From assembly GCF_001194135.2 (NCBI RefSeq), contig NC_069006.1, positions 15,658,092 through 15,722,091 on the forward strand: DNA of 64,000 bases, in the 5' to 3' direction. This document shows, one piece after another, positions 36,810 through 51,135 of the stretch; positions within the stretch are counted from its first letter, which is position 1; every line of letters begins with the position of its first letter. Both the position numbers and the translations under genes were made by a program. Origin of the DNA: Octopus bimaculoides (taxonomy: Eukaryota). The notes beneath the pieces were generated by a model. That model searched no databases, had not been told where the DNA came from, and worked only from the letters and a program-made list of their open reading frames with translations.

Positions 36810-37023
36810 TCTTTTACTTGTTTCAGTCATTTGACTGCGGCCATGCTGGAGCACCGCCTTTAGTCGAGCAAATCGACCCCAGGACTTATTGTTTGGATGC
36901 CTAGTACTTATTCTATCGGTCTCTTGCCGAACTGCTAAGTTACGGGGACGTAAACACACCAGCATCGGTTGTCAAGCGATGTTGGGGGGACAAACACAGA
37001 CACACAAACATACACACACACAC
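36810..37023 (-). mobile_element. SINE-B 3' half (young, runs into gap), tandem to the previous copy
   Basis: acttgtttcagtcatttgactgcggccatgctggagcaccgcctttagtcgagc...gttgtcaagcgatgttgggggg. Confidence 0.9.
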
Positions 37024-40000
37024 NNNNNNNNNNNNNNNNNNNNNNNNNNNNNNNNNNNNNNNNNNNNNNNNNNNNNNNNNNNNNNNNNNNNNNNNNNNNN
37101 NNNNNNNNNNNNNNNNNNNNNNNNNNNNNNNNNNNNNNNNNNNNNNNNNNNNNNNNNNNNNNNNNNNNNNNNNNNNNNNNNNNNNNNNNNNNNNNNNNNN
37201 NNNNNNNNNNNNNNNNNNNNNNNNNNNNNNNNNNNNNNNNNNNNNNNNNNNNNNNNNNNNNNNNNNNNNNNNNNNNNNNNNNNNNNNNNNNNNNNNNNNN
37301 NNNNNNNNNNNNNATCGACGCCAACAAAACCAACATCCAAACCACTAACGCCGCAATGCCGAGCACCACAGCCACCAACGCCACCACCGCCGCCGCCGCC
37401 GCCATCTTCTTTACTGCAGCTAAGCAATGCAAATTCTTACACTCCATTTGTCTGTGAGAAGAGATTTTGTCTTCTGAATCAACAGTGAAACATCATAGCA
37501 GTCAGCCGTTGGATTTACGGCCATGGGAACAAAATTCCGTGACCTCACAGAACAATATTTCATATACGATATCTATATGTGTATGTATGTATGTATGTGC
37601 ATATGTGTGTGTGTGTGTGTATATATATATATACATGTGCACACATATATACATATGCATACATATACATACAAATACATGCTTACATATACATGAATAA
37701 ATACACATACATATACATACACATATATATACATGTATAAAATATATAATGCATATACATACACATACACATATATACATGTATAAAATACATACATGCA
37801 TATACATACACACACACATATATATACATGTATAAAATACATACATGCATATATATATATATATATATATATATACACTCATACATACACAGCTTCTCCA
37901 TACATTAGAGACAGATTGGTATGGTATGGTATGGTATGGAGTTGTATAGCCAGGGAAAGAGCTGGATGGCGTGAAATATTGTGGAATGACGTGGGGAAGA
38001 CGGTCAGAGACGTTGTACAGAAAAGCAGAGAGAAAAGTGGCTGAGAACGCTATGATAATTGCGTGCTACAATGTCGCTAGACCTGAGAGAACGGAGATCA
38101 GCCTCAACAAATCTACTATATTTGTGAACTGTTTATATGGGGATGGATGGATCTAGATATAGATATATATATATATATATATATANNNNNNNNNNNNNNN
38201 NNNNNNNNNNNNNNNNNNNNNNNNNNNNNNNNNNNNNNNNNNNNNNNNNNNNNNNNNNNNNNNNNNNNNNNNNNNNNNNNNNNNNNNNNNNNNNNNNNNN
38301 NNNNNNNNNNNNNNNNNNNNNNNNNNNNNNNNNNNNNNNNNNNNNNNNNNNNNNNNNNNNNNNNNNNNNNNNNNNNNNNNNNNNNNNNNNNNNNNNNNNN
38401 NNNNNNNNNNNNNNNNNNNNNNNNNNNNNNNNNNNNNNNNNNNNNNNNNNNNNNNNNNNNNNNNNNNNNNNNNNNNNNNNNNNNNNNNNNNNNNNNNNNN
38501 NNNNNNNNNNNNNNNNNNNNNNNNNNNNNNNNNNNNNNNNNNNNNNNNNNNNNNNNNNNNNNNNNNNNNNNNNNNNNNNNNNNNNNNNNNNNNNNNNNNN
38601 NNNNNNNNNNNNNNNNNNNNNNNNNNNNNNNNNNNNNNNNNNNNNNNNNNNNNNNNNNNNNNNNNNNNNNNNNNNNNNNNNNNNNNNNNNNNNNNNNNNN
38701 NNNNNNNNNNNNNNNNNNNNNNNNNNNNNNNNNNNNNNNNNNNNNNNNNNNNNNNNNNNNNNNNNNNNNNNNNNNNNNNNNNNNNNNNNNNNNNNNNNNN
38801 NNNNNNNNNNNNNNNNNNNNNNNNNNNNNNNNNNNNNNNNNNNNNNNNNNNNNNNNNNNNNNNNNNNNNNNNNNNNNNNNNNNNNNNNNNNNNNNNNNNN
38901 NNNNNNNNNNNNNNNNNNNNNNNNNNNNNNNNNNNNNNNNNNNNNNNNNNNNNNNNNNNNNNNNNNNNNNNNNNNNNNNNNNNNNNNNNNNNNNNNNNNN
39001 NNNNNNNNNNNNNNNNNNNNNNNNNNNNNNNNNNNNNNNNNNNNNNNNNNNNNNNNNNNNNNNNNNNNNNNNNNNNNNNNNNNNNNNNNNNNNNNNNNNN
39101 NNNNNNNNNNNNNNNNNNNNNNNNNNNNNNNNNNNNNNNNNNNTGGTCTTTGGTCGGTAAGTGTTATTTCCTATTTGCTTCTATCTAGAAATCAAAGGAA
39201 ATGACTACTCTTCCCTTCAGACTTTGCTTTTCTGACCTGGACATCAATATTTTGAAACTGATCTATTTTCCATTCCATTTCAGATAGATTCAGCTCTGAA
39301 TTGCTGAAGCAGAAATATCGTTATGGCAAATATTCTGCTCAGTACTACAGATCTGCTTGTCAGTCGCTTGACCTTAACCACTTGAAAATGAGCAGGAGTG
39401 CTGGGGGAGTATCATAACGATGTGTTGAGAGGGAGTCTTTGGGGTTTAAATAAATGTAACAAAAGCAAAGTTTGAGGGAAATAATTGCCATTTTTCATAA
39501 TTTCTAGGAGTAAGCAAATCAGAAATAATTGCTACGCAAGGACTAAAATCGTGTTACACAGTGTAATTGTAGGTTTATGTTCATCTGAGCAACTCCTTCC
39601 AAATAATTTAGCATTCATGAAACTGGGAATCGCGGGCCATTTTATTCTAACTTTGCCAGAATCTTTCTAAGACAGAAATCCTAATTATTAATTGTGTTGT
39701 TAACTCAGACTACGGTACTAACCAAGACGACAAATATTCACAGCAGTGAATCTGCCTAGTTCTTCACCTCGCCGTTACAGTAAAAGCCTCTTCAAGTGAT
39801 CTTGTGACACACGTTAAACAGTTTTGTCACTCAATTCGTCTTTCGATGGCATAGGTGGCGCTACACGGATGTGGAAAGATTAATTGAAGCGCTGCACTTA
39901 GAGGCGTGAGTGTGAGTATATGCGCGCGTGATTGTCTGAATGTAAGCGTGTGTATGAAAATAAGTGCGAGTGCACTAATACTCACCCACATAGCACAAGC

Positions 40001-40357
40001 TCATTCCGCCCCGCGCACGTGCACACACACACAGCAACGTACATACAAAGCTCACACATACAAATGTGTGTGTGTGTGTGTGCGTATAGTGAATTAAAAA
40101 CCAAGACATGGAAAACATCTATGCATACAATACAGTCGAACAATACACATTTACACTCATGTGCAAAAATTTGCACATTCACACACACACACACCTTAAT
40201 ATATGTAAACGCGTATCAACAAGCATACACATACACATATACCAATGTATGAACACATACCCATATCTATCTATCTATCTATTCCTCTCTTATACTTTGA
40301 CTCGCTCTCTCTCGTTCCTTATGAACTCATATGCGTGTTATCAAGCAGAATATACCA

Positions 40358-40393
<36 letters not shown>

Positions 40394-40622
40394 CAGCACA
40401 TTTTGTGAATATGTATATGTACGTTATATGTATATGCGTACAAACATGCGGAAATGATGTATGCATGTATCCACGTGAATATTGAGCAAAAATAAACACG
40501 TATATATGCACACATACATATATACATAAAAACATGTTTGATGTGAACACGTATTAACATATACAAATTCATTTACAAATACGCAAACTGGTCTCTCCCT
40601 CTTACACACACACACGTGTGCG

Positions 40623-40657
<35 letters not shown>

Positions 40658-41053
40658 AGGCATATCTGCATGTCTATACGCCAAATTTATTTCGTGGTCA
40701 CCAATAAATATATTACTCCTTTCAATGTTTTGCGACTTTTCTGGAAATCTTGACAAGGACAAATCATGCAAGAATGGTCGGGCAAATCCACTTAGCAGAC
40801 AAAATACGACGTTGATTGAGGTGGCACCAAGCTATCAAATTACAGATAAAATGCACACTTCAAACTGTACAGGCCTGATAACGGTTTTTCTTTACAGTGT
40901 TATGCTAGCGGCTTTACAACGCACACATAAATATATATGTCAATATATCCGTACATGCACATACACTCTCCCATCACACATACAAGCATATATACATACA
41001 TATATATATATATATATATGTACACTCACTGATATATATATGTACACTCACAG

Positions 41054-41094
<41 letters not shown>

Positions 41095-42707
41095 TATGTG
41101 CATTCACCGATAGGGAAGCACAGATACATACACACAGGTATTTATATACACTCTTATAAACGCATCCTCACACAAAATACTACAGAATCATCGAGGGAGA
41201 AGCACACAGTGTGTGTTTGTGTGTGTATATATATATATATATATATTGTGTATATATAAATATATATATAGTGTATGTATATATATATATAAATATATAT
41301 ATAGTGTATGTATATATATANNNNNNNNNNNNNNNNNNNNNNNNNNNNNNNNNNNNNNNNNNNNNNNNNNNNNNNNNNNNNNNNNNNNNNNNNNNNNNNN
41401 NNNNNNNNNNNNNNNNNNNNNNNNNNNNNNNNNNNNNNNNNNNNNNNNNNNNNNNNNNNNNNNNNNNNNNNNNNNNNNNNNNNNNNNNNNNNNNNNNNNN
41501 NNNNNNNNNNNNNNNNNNNNNNNNNNNNNNNNNNNNNNNNNNNNNNNNNNNNNNNNNNNNNNNNNNNNNNNNNNNNNNNNNNNNNNNNNNNNNNNNNNNN
41601 NNNNNNNNNNNNNNNNNNNNNNNNNNNNNNNNNNNNNNNNNNNNNNNNNNNNNNNNNNNNNNNNNNNNNNNNNNNNNNNNNNNNNNNNNNNNNNNNNNNN
41701 NNNNNNNNNNNNNNNNNNNNNNNNNNNNNNNNNNNNNNNNNNNNNNNNNNNNNNNNNNNNNNNNNNNNNNNNNNNNNNNNNNNNNNNNNNNNNNNNNNNN
41801 NNNNNNNNNNNNNNNNNNNNNNNNNNNNNNNNNNNNNNNNNNNNNNNNNNNNNNNNNNNNNNNNNNNNNNNNNNNNNNNNNNNNNNNNNNNNNNNNNNNN
41901 NNNNNNNNNNNNNNNNNNNNNNNNNNNNNNNNNNNNNNNNNNNNNNNNNNNNNNNNNNNNNNNNNNNNNNNNNNNNNNNNNNNNNNNNNNNNNNNNNNNN
42001 NNNNNNNNNNNNNNNNNNNNNNNNNNNNNNNNNNNNNNNNNNNNNNNNNNNNNNNNNNNNNNNNNNNNNNNNNNNNNNNNNNNNNNNNNNNNNNNNNNNN
42101 NNNNNNNNNNNNNNNNNNNNNNNNNNNNNNNNNNNNNNNNNNNNNNNNNNNNNNNNNNNNNNNNNNNNNNNNNNNNNNNNNNNNNNNNNNNNNNNNNNNN
42201 NNNNNNNNNNNNNNNNNNNNNNNNNNNNNNNNNNNNNNNNNNNNNNNNNNNNNNNNNNNNTATATGTTGCTAATCTGTTTTTGCAGTGTTAGTTTTACCG
42301 AAATCTTTTCTAATCCCGTTTCTTTTATTGAATTTCTTTACTTCATGCACTACGTCCCCACCACCAAATCCTACTTTCACTTTCACAATCTGTTATCACG
42401 TGATCCGTCGTTAAAATACCCGACTTAAAACATGAGACGTCCAACATTCCAAGTGGTGTCATCGCCACCGAAATAGTCATAGCAGCATTTTAGTCTTCCA
42501 ATGGATATCCTATTTAGAGTTTTATTTATTTTTTCTTTAGTTTCGTTCTCTCACTCCCTATTGTACGTTCTTTCTTTCTTTTTATGTCTGTCTTTCTTTG
42601 TTGCTCTTCTTGTTTCTCAGTCACCCTCTTTTTCTCTTCTTTATAAGTTTATAATCCCTATTTTTATCATAATGATATTGTAAATAAAACAATTTTTTTG
42701 TATATTA

Positions 42708-43105
42708 GGCGCAGGTGCGGTTGTGTGGTAAGAAGTTTGCTTCTCTAGCCCCTTGTGGGTAATAAAGAAATAAGAAGTTTGCTTCTCAATTACAGGATTT
42801 CGAGTTCAGTCCCACTGCATGGCATCTTGGGAAATTGCCTTCTGCTATATGTACATCCAAGGCCTTGAAAGTGGATTTGGTAGACGGAAACTGAAAGAAG
42901 CCCATCGTATATGTATATATCTGGGTGTGCATCTTTGTGCGTGTCTTTCTTCCCCCATCACCGCTTGGCAACCGGTGTTGGTGTATTGACGTCCCCGTAA
43001 CATAAGGCTTAAAATATATAAATACTGGGGTCTAATTTGTTCATCTAAAATTCTTTAAGGCGGCACCCCAGCATGACCGCAGTCTGACTAATACAAATGA
43101 AAGAT
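42708..43105 (+). mobile_element. SINE-B copy carrying a tiny nested insertion
   Basis: ggcgcaggtgcggttgtgtggtaag head; 3' end cagcatgaccgcagtc. Confidence 0.85.
42746..42771 (+). mobile_element. 26-nt extreme 5'-truncated SINE-A 3' tail with 16-17-bp TSD
   Basis: tagccccttgtgggtaataaagaaat is flanked by aagaagtttgcttctc (42730-42745 and 42772-42787) and matches the 3' end of the 46912-47145 copy with 1 mismatch. Confidence 0.85.
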
Positions 43106-43294
43106 AAATAATAACTACGTCATAATTGTTAACGTTAGTGTCAATCAATATCCACAATATTAGACTAATCTGACAAACACAGACAAAAACATACACAAAT
43201 ACATATATATATGTATGACGGGCTTCTTTCAGTTTCCGTCTACCAAATCCATTCACAAGGCTTTGGTCGGCCAGCGCCTATAGAAGACATATTA

Positions 43295-43372
<78 letters not shown>

Positions 43373-43456
43373 AAAGGTTGAAGAGGAACACACGAGTAGA
43401 TATATATATGGAAAAAAGACAAAATAGAAAATGCTAAAATACTTTTATAAAGAACA

Positions 43457-43498
43457 TTACAGTACCGGTTTCGATCCTTGAGATCTTTTCAACAGTAA
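43457..43498 (-). ncRNA. Variant minimal hammerhead ribozyme with U3-A8 core (PLE-type terminus)
   Basis: UUACUG-UUGAAAA-GAUC(ucaag)GAUC-GAAA-CCG-GUA|CUGUAA. Stem I 5 of 6 pairs, perfect stem II, palindromic ACCGGU stem III. Confidence 0.6.
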
Positions 43499-45639
43499 AT
43501 ATGAATAATAATTTATTGAAAAATTAAATTTTGGTAAATTTAAAAGAAAAGTCTTTTTAAAGACATATTTGTATAGTATTCAAATAACAGGGGCATTTTT
43601 CTTGTTTCTGCCTGTGTTTCACTTGTTAACTCTTGTGGCACTCCTTCTTCGAACCCACAAGAATTAACACGTGAAACAGAGAAGGATGGTCACGGTTGGA
43701 TAGTCATTAAGATTCATATATCAACTCAATCACAGCTAACCTGAAGCTAAGCAACACTAAGCAACGACTAATAAAACAGCAGCTAAAACCATAATTCGCA
43801 TTTTAACAGCGAAAATTTTAAAAATCAAAATAAAATTATGAAAATAAATAAAGCATAACAAACATGAAATATTTTTTCAAAATCTGGAATTGAACTTCTA
43901 ACGAAGTTCAACAAATATTAGGTGAACAAACGTCTGATTTCTGGATGTTATTCCTAAATTTCGTGACGAAGTAAACAAACTGAAATCTTATGCAAATGAA
44001 AGCAATTCATTATGCAAATGAAAGCAATCCATTATCTTTGTGGTTAATTAAATTTCGATGGTCATTTTTATTTGTTTGACTTCTGGTATGTTGGAGAAGA
44101 TGCGTGGATGTGTAAGGGGTGGGGTCATTCGTTTGGCTCTTCTTTTTAAGGAAGCCCCTATGTAGTCATTAAAATTGTTAGAAATAACACCCAAACTCAT
44201 CCTTAAATCACATCATACTATTTTACTCCAGGTGACGAATTGATAGAATCGTTAAAGTATCACATGAAATTCCTTGTGGTATTACAATACCTTGCGTTCC
44301 AGTTTCCTAGACACTGCATCAAAATGCTTTGCGTCCGGAATGAATGTCTAGCTTTCCACTTGGCCACGTTCTGAGTTTAAATCCCACCATGGTCACTATT
44401 GTCTTTCATCCTTTCTGGGTTCGATAAATTGAATACAAGTCGAGTAACAGGCCCCATTCTTCTTCTTCTCTCTCTCTCTCTCTCTCTCTCTTTTGTACAT
44501 GCTGTTCAAAGCTCCAGACATATTATACACCGTGTCACACTGATTCAGTCAGAGAATTATATTAAGGTTAAACCTGTCTATGGAATATTCAGCCGCATAT
44601 ACATGGTAATTTCACGCCTACGAACTCAGTTGGTCGAAGAACTAACTGATTATCGTCGACAGTGACGAAGACTCCGATTCCACGATTTTAAAGAAAAAGA
44701 CAAAATGAGACTGGATGAGGATCCAACAGTGGAGCTTCCATAGACTCGCTCGGGCTGCTTGAAATATCTAAATCTATCTTAAATTCTAGCTTAGCGTCTT
44801 ACCGAAAGGACACGTTGTCGAAATTATTTTACAGTTAGACAAAAATCGAAGGAACTCCTATACAATTGTTCGTCTGCGTGAAATAGCAGCCAGACCCACT
44901 CCCAAATTACACTTTACCGTCTTCATGAAGGACAAATGCTTTGGACAGTTATGTTTTTCTAGATAGGTTGTGAAGGAAAATTACAGAATGATCATAACTG
45001 GAACGTCTTTGATGTGAGACCTGTTTGATCAGAGCTGGCTTTGGTGGCTAAACAATATCATCCACGATTACCAACAACAATCGACTGGAAGATCATGGTT
45101 GAAACACCTCTGATTATAGGTTTGCTCAATTAAGGCCGACCTCGATGGCTGAACAACCACAACATCAATAACTGCAACCCCATCATTCTTCTGGAGATCA
45201 TTTCATTATTGGTTTTTCCTCAGTATTTTGCAGCTGCTGCTGTTCTTGATACGATGTTTTTGTTTCTTCTTAGCCATCATTCTAAATGTTTTTGTTTTTT
45301 TTAATATATATTTTTTGATTTCTTCTGAAGAAATTCATGTACAAAATACTTCCATTTTTACTCCCTTTTTGGTCTCTTCCACGGAGAAATTGGGAAAAGG
45401 ATTAGTGACACCAGGGCATGAACCTTACTTTCCTAGCTCTCGCCGGGGATGATTCTTGTAGGAAACGACAGACAGACAGAGTAGAAGAAATAGACCCAGT
45501 ATTTGAAAAACAATGTTGGTATCAGAGGAATTTGAAACCTCGGTGCAGGGAACAGAAGCAATTACAACCAAAGCATTCTATGCGACGCTATCAAATCTGT
45601 TATATCGCTGCTTTCATATTAGTTTCAAATGCTGACACA

Positions 45640-45820
45640 AGGCCACATGTTTCGGTGAAGTGGGTAAGTCGATTACATTGACCCCAATGCTCAAATAGGA
45701 TTAATTTTATCGAACCTGAAAGGATGTAAAGCAACGTCAACCTCGGTGGAATTCGAACTCTGAACATAAAGACGGACGAAATGCCCTAAGTATTTAGCCC
45801 GACGTGCTAACGATTCTGAT
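45640..45820 (-). mobile_element. SINE-A diverged copy
   Basis: gtcgattacattgacccca...ggaattcgaactctgaac...gtgctaacgattctg. Confidence 0.75.
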
Positions 45821-46086
45821 AATAAACTATTGTCGTTCAATTCATTTAATGTTCATTAAATAGCTTTCTATATATATGTTCTGGAAGCAGCAGTGACAAG
45901 CGAACAGAGAGTAAATGCACGTGCTAACTTACGGAATAATGAATGAATGATTGATAGAAACTCATCAAAAATTAAATTGTCATTCTACAATCCATTTTCA
46001 GCACTTTATTCAGTGGGTGTTCAGTGTATTTCGGGGAAAAGGATTTTTATAATAAGTACACACATTCAGACAAATAGACAGAAAAC

Positions 46087-46141
<55 letters not shown>

Positions 46142-46698
46142 GATAGATAGATAGATAGACAAAAATCAACAAGATCGGTAGGTAGATAGATGTATAGTTA
46201 GACAGACAGATACATTAACACGGCAGGCTTCTACGCAGTTTCCATCTCCCAAATTTTTAAGCCAACCTCTTAATTATCTTCACTACACATATGTAAAAAT
46301 AATATATAGATTCAGTTTGCCGCAGACAAAAATAAGTTGTTCCCGTAACCACACAATATACCAACATTTCTAGTCAAATTCATTATATTGTTCTTCATGT
46401 TGTTGACTATGACTTTGTTGTTGATCCGATCGTTGCTGCATTCCTTCCGTGAGTTGATTTTTCTCCCATATGATGGAACTATCTGTTTTGGTCATGAACA
46501 GATATGGCAGGCGATAAATCATACAATACGGGGGTGTTTCTGACAGGTGTCAATCTTTTTTTGTTCCAATGCAGACTGTTGAGAGAGGCAAGGTTTAAAA
46601 GAATAACCAAACGATTATATTATCTGGTGTAAATTCGTGGGTGCTGATTGTCTTCATTGGGAGTCTCTCTCTTTCTCTCTCTTCTTTCTTATCCTATA

Positions 46699-46767
<69 letters not shown>

Positions 46768-46911
46768 AAGTTATCTACACGTACACACTTGTTATTTCAG
46801 CATATTTTTCAAAGGACATTCAGTGTAATCAATCGTTAACACCTCGTGCTGGAGTCGGGTTTCTTTTCTTTTGTCTGTTTTTGTCTTAGGCCGCTTTTCA
46901 TGTGTGTCTGT

Positions 46912-47145
46912 TATTTCTTTACTACCCACAAGGGGCTACACACAGAGGGGACAAACAAAGACAGACAAACGGATTAAGTCGATTATATCGACCCCAGTGC
47001 GTAACTGGTACTTATTTAATCGACCCCGAAAGGATGAAAGGCAAAGTCGACCTCGGCGGAATTTGAACTCAGGACGTAGCGGCAGACGAAATACCGCTAA
47101 GCATTTCGCCCGGCGTGCGAAACGATTCTGCCAGCTCGCCGCCTT
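46912..47145 (-). mobile_element. SINE-A young full-length copy (long 3' tail variant)
   Basis: Minus strand aaggcggcgagctggcagaatcg...gagttcaaattccgccgagg...tagccccttgtgggtagtaaagaaata. Confidence 0.93.
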
Positions 47146-49161
47146 CATGTGTGCGTGTGCATAGGTATACGGCTGCGACTATTTGATCACTGATTGCACC
47201 ACCCTGAACTGGAAGCATCGAAAAGAGTCTTTTGGAACCCACTTCAAAGTAATGTAAGAAGAGGAGACCATCACACTTGCATCGACAACCCGATTGTAGA
47301 AACTGGCCCGAAATGAACCCAGGACCCCGAGGTAGTGATTTTGGACCGAAAAGTGTGGCGGGTGGACTTTGTTGCAGCGCCCCAGGCTGAAAGAAGATGA
47401 CAACAACGTATACAAACAGAGATTGTAGTACGAGAGAGAGGGAGAGAGAGAGATAGAGAGAGAGAGGTGGGGAGGGAGATAATATGATGGACTAAAAATT
47501 CTTGCTGAAAACTCCAGCATGACCGAAGTCTTATGATTAAATCCAGTAAAACAACAACAAAAACTGCGCTGCCATAATTTATAAAAATCATTTAGAAATT
47601 CCGAAATTTGGTTTAGCGATTTAAGACGTTCGCCTCATAATGATGCTGCTCCGAGTTCAGTCCGATTCAGTAGCACCTTGACCAAGATTTTCTTCCTTTC
47701 TTTCCTTCAAATCGAACCAAGCTTTGTAAATAAAACTGAGCCGATGTAAATCATTTCAAAGCACCTCCGATGAACTCCGCAGATTAGTATTGGTCCATTG
47801 TCTAGTTTAACATCACCGCCTGGAATTTGGTTTCCTTTACTCTCTTTCTCTCTCTCTCTCTCTTCCTCTCTATCTACCTATCTATCTATCTATCTATCTC
47901 TCACTCTATATGCGTGTGCAAGTTGCCCTCAAGTCCACACCTCTTATTTCAACATATTTTTCAAAGGACATCTAGTGTAATCGTGAACACCTTGTGTTCA
48001 CCTTCAGCGAAGTTCACTTTGTTCGAGTTTTCGAAACAGATGTCACGTTTGGCGATAACAATCTATAAATACATTTCTTGAACCAAGTCTTAAGACAATG
48101 CTTATTGGCGTTAACATGGCTTCACTGCCTACAAGATATACCAATAGCAGACAACTTTAAAACTTTGAAAAGAAGAATAAATCAAAATAATGATAATGCT
48201 AAATCGAAGACACACGCACGCACGCACGCACACACACACACACACACACACGAACTAAGTAACAGACGCACAAACACACAAGCACGCAGCGCATGTATAT
48301 GTATGCACACACATGCACATTCACAAATGCAGTCATGCACACATCTATAAACACACGCACACATTTATAAACGCACGCACACATGCAGACACATACAGAC
48401 ATATATAAAGACACAACACAACACACAAGCATGCACACACACATGCAGGCAAGTATACCCACACACACACACACACAAACAAACAAACAAACCCAAGCAT
48501 CCACACACAATAGTTATCAGAGGTGAAGAAATGCAATCAAGCAGAAAAAAAAACGCTTCCAGATGATTCTTCCCTAGATATTCGAACTCGAAGCACGCGG
48601 CTGAAAGCTAAACAATGAAATTGGATTAAGGCGAGGGTAAAAAAATAAAATCACACCACAAAAGATGAAAAAAAAAGAGCACATTTCAATCGATGATTAG
48701 AAAAAGATTCGCGGGATTAAAACAACTTGAGGCACAAATAAAATTGTCGTGTTTAAAATGGCCGGTTGTTGTTTAAATTTTTGGACAGCTNNNNNNNNNN
48801 NNNNNNNNNNNNNNNNNNNNNNNNNNNNNNNNNNNNNNNNNNNNNNNNNNNNNNNNNNNNNNNNNNNNNNNNNNNNNNNNNNNNNNNNNNNNNNNNNNNN
48901 NNNNNNNNNNNNNNNNNNNNNNNNNNNNNNNNNNNNNNNNNNNNNNNNNNNNNNNNNNNNNNNNNNNNNNNNNNNNNNNNNNNNNNGTGTGTGTGTGTAT
49001 CTTTTACTTGTTTCAGTCATTAGACTGCGACCATGCTGGGGCACCACCTCGAAGAGATGTTAGACGAATTAATCAACCCCAGTACTTTTTCTTTAAACCT
49101 GGTGCTTGCTCTATCGGTGTCTTTTGCCGCCTCGCTAATGCATAAGGAGTAGACAACCACC

Positions 49162-49192
<31 letters not shown>

Positions 49193-50648
49193 GTAAAATA
49201 AGCAATAGAAAGTCTTTGGTGCAGTATTATATATCTGAAGAAATGAATAGCAACAGCTTTATTGATAATTTTTCACTTGTGTTTTTAAATGTTTAATTGT
49301 TAAAATGAAAAACATTATCGCAAAAGCCATTCCTATTTTTGATAGACAGATAGATATAGACAGACAGACAGACAGATAGATATAGACAGACAGACAGACA
49401 GACAGATAGAGACATACAGACAGATACGGGCGGACAGACACACAGGTGACTCGGCTCTGCGTAATTCAGAATATCATAGGAGCAAGTATGCGTCTACATC
49501 TTGAGGTAGACAGATAGATTAAAGAAGATTGAAAGGTTCAAAGATGGTCACACCAATCCATTCCTTTAAAGTTAACTGAACAACGAAAACGTCCTCCAAG
49601 AAGCCATATTTAGATCATTTCTCCTCTTAGTCCATGCCTCTGTAGATATAGATGCATGTAGACGAATACGTGTGCTTACGAATCTGAGTAACATGGAACT
49701 CAGTCAACTTGCTTCTAACTACGTGCATCTACATACGTATATGTATATATGTATATATATATAAATATNNNNNNNNNNNNNNNNNNNNNNNNNNNNNNNN
49801 NNNNNNNNNNNNNNNNNNNNNNNNNNNNNNNNNNNNNNNNNNNNNNNNNNNNNNNNNNNNNNNNNNNNTATATATATATATTCACATGTATGCATACATG
49901 GAAATATATATGTATATATAAATGTATATACAAACAAAGAAACATATGCATGCGTACATATTCATATACATGTATACACATACATATGCATACATGCGTA
50001 TACATGTTTATACTTATGTATACAAATGTATACATGTTTCTACATACATATCTATACAAATGTATGCGTACATAAACATGCATATGTATACATGTCTATG
50101 GATATTATTGTGTGTGTGTGTGTGAGCGTGTGTATGTGTGTGTGTGTGTGTATGTGTAGAACCCATCAGAGTTAATCTAACATAACATAACATAACACCA
50201 AGACTGAGTGAGAGAGGGGGGTGGAACAAGAGAGATGAGGGCGAGAGAGAGAGAATGAAGACAGTGCTATCAACAAAACAGAATCAGATATAAAAACGAC
50301 AACTATTGAATACAAACAATAGAAACAACGATGTTGAAAACAACATCAATACGAACGACTTTGACAACATCATCATCAAATATAACAACAGCAAAAACAA
50401 CAATAGCTGCCATAAAAATCTCCAGCGATTGTCAACAAGAAACGTAATGTCAGTTGATTGCTACGTAATGGGGGCCTAGAAATGTGTTTGTACGTGGAGT
50501 GTGCCGAGCGAGATTAATGATTACGACACAACATAAAACTGATATCTTCGTTCTTAGATCGCACGGTTTTATTCACCCCGCTGAATATGAGCTTGCATAT
50601 TGATACATCAATCAATCTATCTATCTATCTATCTGTTTATCTATCAAA

Positions 50649-50679
<31 letters not shown>

Positions 50680-50769
50680 TAGATATTTGTGTGCGTGCGT
50701 GTGGTGTGTATTCATCTAAAATATAAACTATGAATTCACACAGAACGGTATGATGTAGTAGTAACAATG

Positions 50770-51135
50770 ATAATGGTTTCAAATATTGACACAGGGCCAG
50801 CAATTTGGGAGGATGGTATTAGTCGATTACATCGATCCCAGTGCTTAACTTGTACTTGTTTTATCGATTCCGAAAGGATGAGAGGCAAAGGTGACCTCGG
50901 CAGAATGTGAACTCTAAGGTCAAAGACAGACAAAATACCACTAAACATTTTGCTCGCTACCTAATAATAATCCTTTCTACTATAGGCACAAGGCCTGAAA
51001 TTTGGGAGACAGGAGACTAGTCGATTACATTTACATTAACCCCAGTGTTTCACTGGTACTTAGTTCACCGACCCGAAAGGGCAGAAGGCAAAGTCGACCT
51101 CAGTGGAATTTGAACTCAGAACATAGCGGCAGACG
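50770..51135 (-). mobile_element. Two tandem SINE-A copies
   Basis: Two consecutive bodies, about 50770-50960 and 50968-51135. Confidence 0.8.
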
